In this document: piece by piece, positions 62,108 to 64,000 of the stretch | Layout of the letters: each line of letters opens with the position of its first letter | Position numbering within the stretch: position 1 is the stretch's first letter | Assembly: GCA_024679065.1 (NCBI GenBank) | Contig: JAGIQG010000040.1 | Location: 10,974,001-11,038,000 of the forward strand | DNA from: Sphyrna mokarran | Lineage: Eukaryota | Direction: 5' to 3' | DNA: 64,000 bases | The notes under the pieces: generated by a model | Seen by the model: the letters and a program-made list of their open reading frames with translations, nothing else | Told to the model about the DNA's origin: nothing | The model's database searches: none | Program-made: the position numbers and the translations under genes

Positions 62108-62440
62108 AGGTTAAAGCTCTGTTGGAGCAAATCTGCCTGTCTGCAATGTCCAACTCCGCTGTGTTGCTGCAGGTTCCGATGGTTAGACTGAGAGCCCATG
62201 TCACTGAATTCAGGAATTGCGTTATTTTCAATCTGATTTTAAAACGTATCCCGAAGATCAAAATTTAAAAGCGTTTCGCCTCGCAAATATGCAAGGGAGC
62301 GCAGGTTTCCCTGGGAATGTTACTGCCAGAGATATCAATGCCATTGCTTTACTAATTGTTCTTTTTCTATTTGGACAGAAAAAAAATCCTCAAATATCTC
62401 CTCAAACCTGCTGCACTATTTTGTGATTAAAGTGATACAA

Positions 62441-62460
62441 CACCACCATCTGCTGGCGGC
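62441..62460 (-). promoter_or_regulatory. Candidate CTCF site
   Basis: Minus strand GCCGCCAGCAGATGGTGGTG matches the CTCF core CCASYAGRKGGC at most positions; motif match only. Confidence 0.4.
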
Positions 62461-62714
62461 CCAGAGCGACTGCAGGCCCTGGTTGTTGTGAGTCTGCGAA
62501 CCGGTTGCTGAAATATGAATATTGAACGGTATTGTCCGAGATTGGAGTTCGGCTGGATCTCGGATCTCGGCTGGCGTATAACCAGACGATGCAGTTATCA
62601 GACGTTAATCACATTCAGAATCTTAGTGGATAAATATTCCTGTTCTCTTTAATTCGTTTGTCAGATATTTTCACGGTTTAGTCTTAAAAAAAGCACAAAG
62701 AATCAGACATTTAC

Positions 62715-62746
<32 letters not shown>

Positions 62747-63173
62747 GTATTAGGGCTACAGAGATACAGGGGGTCATACACAGATTTAGGGACACATATA
62801 GATGCAGATACACCAAGATTCAGGCACAGACATATAGAGATACTGGTAACTCGAAAGATACAAGGGCGAACACAGAATCAGGGACATACAAACAGTGAAT
62901 CTGGGCATTCCCAGATACAAAGGGCACACACAGAATTAGAGGCTTATACAATCTCTCAGTTTGTACCCTGCCAAACTTTCTCTCGTAATCCCAGACTTCA
63001 AAATCGAACTTTCTTGTCAGTGCGTCAAAAACGCGTTTCTCATTTCACAGAAAGTATTTGAGGGTGAAGTCAGAGCAATGATAACATGTCTTTAACATCG
63101 AGGTTAGGATAATGTTGAGCAACAAACTGAAGTCAAACAATTTAGCTTATCCGACATGAGAAAGCTTGATGGA

Positions 63174-63245
63174 TGTTTCTACCTGGTTTTGAACCGGGAT
63201 CTTTCGCGTGTGAAGCGAATGTGATAACCACTACACTACAGAAAC
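63174..63245 (-). pseudogene. tRNA-Val (CAC), degenerate copy
   Basis: 72 nt, 1-nt deletion and T-arm mismatches. Confidence 0.75.
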
Positions 63246-63666
63246 AACCTGAAAAACAGCGGAACAAATCTGCCTGTCTGCAATGTTCAACTCCGCTGTG
63301 TTGCTGCAGGTTCCAATGGTTAGACTGAGAGCCCATGACACTGAATTCAGGAAGATAACTGTTACTTTCAATCTGATTGTCCGACTTATCCCGAACATCC
63401 AAATCTAAAACTTTCGCCTCCCAAATATCTAAGGGAACAATGATTTCTGCCCATTGATTAATACATCATTTTCATCTTTCTTCAAATAATCATCCGCATT
63501 TTGTATCATCAGCGCTTTGTAATCTGTCGCTCCCTTTTTTCTTTGTTTTTTATATGTCACATTTCCAATTCAAATCCTGAAGAGGAAATCTCCCTGATAC
63601 TGATTCCGATAGAACTGGTGCAGACCGGGAAGAAACGCAGGATTGTTGTACAGCAATAAATCTACA

Positions 63667-63696
63667 TTCCCTGACCGGGAATCGAACCCGGGCCGC
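63667..63696 (-). pseudogene. tRNA-Glu 3' fragment
   Basis: Only the last 30 nt of the Glu-CTC gene remain; the 5' half is deleted relative to 59829-59900. Confidence 0.85.
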
Positions 63697-64000
63697 TAAT
63701 CGGCTTTTTATAAAATATTAATTTATCCATAAACCACCTGCTTTTATTTTCTTTCTGTCTTTTTATTCACCAAATACAAGTTTTCTTCAAATGGTCATCT
63801 TTATTTCACACACAAGTGCCTGTTTCAGCCAATGAAAGCAGTGATTCCTGTTCGCTGGAACATGAAATGGACAGTGAGGGGAAATAGTCCCGCAAACTGC
63901 TCATGTGACACCTTCAATTTCCAAAACTCACCAACCTCATCACTATGGCCTTTCTTATTTCAGGGAAAGCGTTTGAGGGTGAAGTCAGAGCAATAATAAC

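Larger units (their letters stand above)
57455..62300. repeat. Tandem segmental duplication, about 2.69-kb period (57455-59620 vs 60150-62300)
   Basis: Paralogous flanks and tRNAs (Phe offset 2693, Val offset 2685); the paired spurious ORFs are near-identical. Confidence 0.9.
63000..63865. repeat. Duplicate of 59186-60075 (Val-Glu module)
   Basis: Colinear flanking sequence with Val and truncated Glu copies. Confidence 0.85.

Noticed and set aside
57455-63402. Pairs of near-identical ORFs (e.g. 58482-58754 and 61166-61438)
   Set aside because: By-products of the tRNA-unit duplication with no protein features.

Overview
Cartilaginous-fish (shark-like) genomic DNA with three zones. (1) About 2.5-15.0 kb, minus strand: a compact, apparently intact NAR-TCR-type T-cell-receptor delta minilocus. 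In transcription order it reads leader - NAR-type V(22-RSS) - (12)D(12) - (23)J - a second NAR-type V already joined to its J in the germline, with its leader destroyed - a leaderless supporting TCR-delta-type V(23-RSS) - a single (12)J with no D - a C-delta Ig exon. All exon junctions are phase 1 and in frame, predicting a TCR chain with THREE stacked variable domains (rearranging / fixed / rearranging). Non-canonical cysteines are placed so that each V could be disulfide-linked to the next. Known NAR-TCR and mammalian TCR-mu chains have two V domains, so this is the main candidate for an undescribed system. The hinge and transmembrane exons were not found in the window. (2) About 19-47 kb: a cluster of finger-only C2H2 zinc-finger genes and pseudogenes with CpG-island promoters carrying NRF1/YY1/ZNF143-like motifs, heavily interspersed with CR1 LINEs, tRNA-derived SINEs and Penelope-like elements. 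(3) About 53-64 kb: a tRNA gene cluster (Leu-AAG, Gly-GCC, intron-containing Ile-TAT, Asn-GTT, Phe-GAA x2, Val-CAC x3, Glu-CTC plus relics) expanded by local tandem duplication. All coordinates were read by eye; repeat boundaries are approximate.
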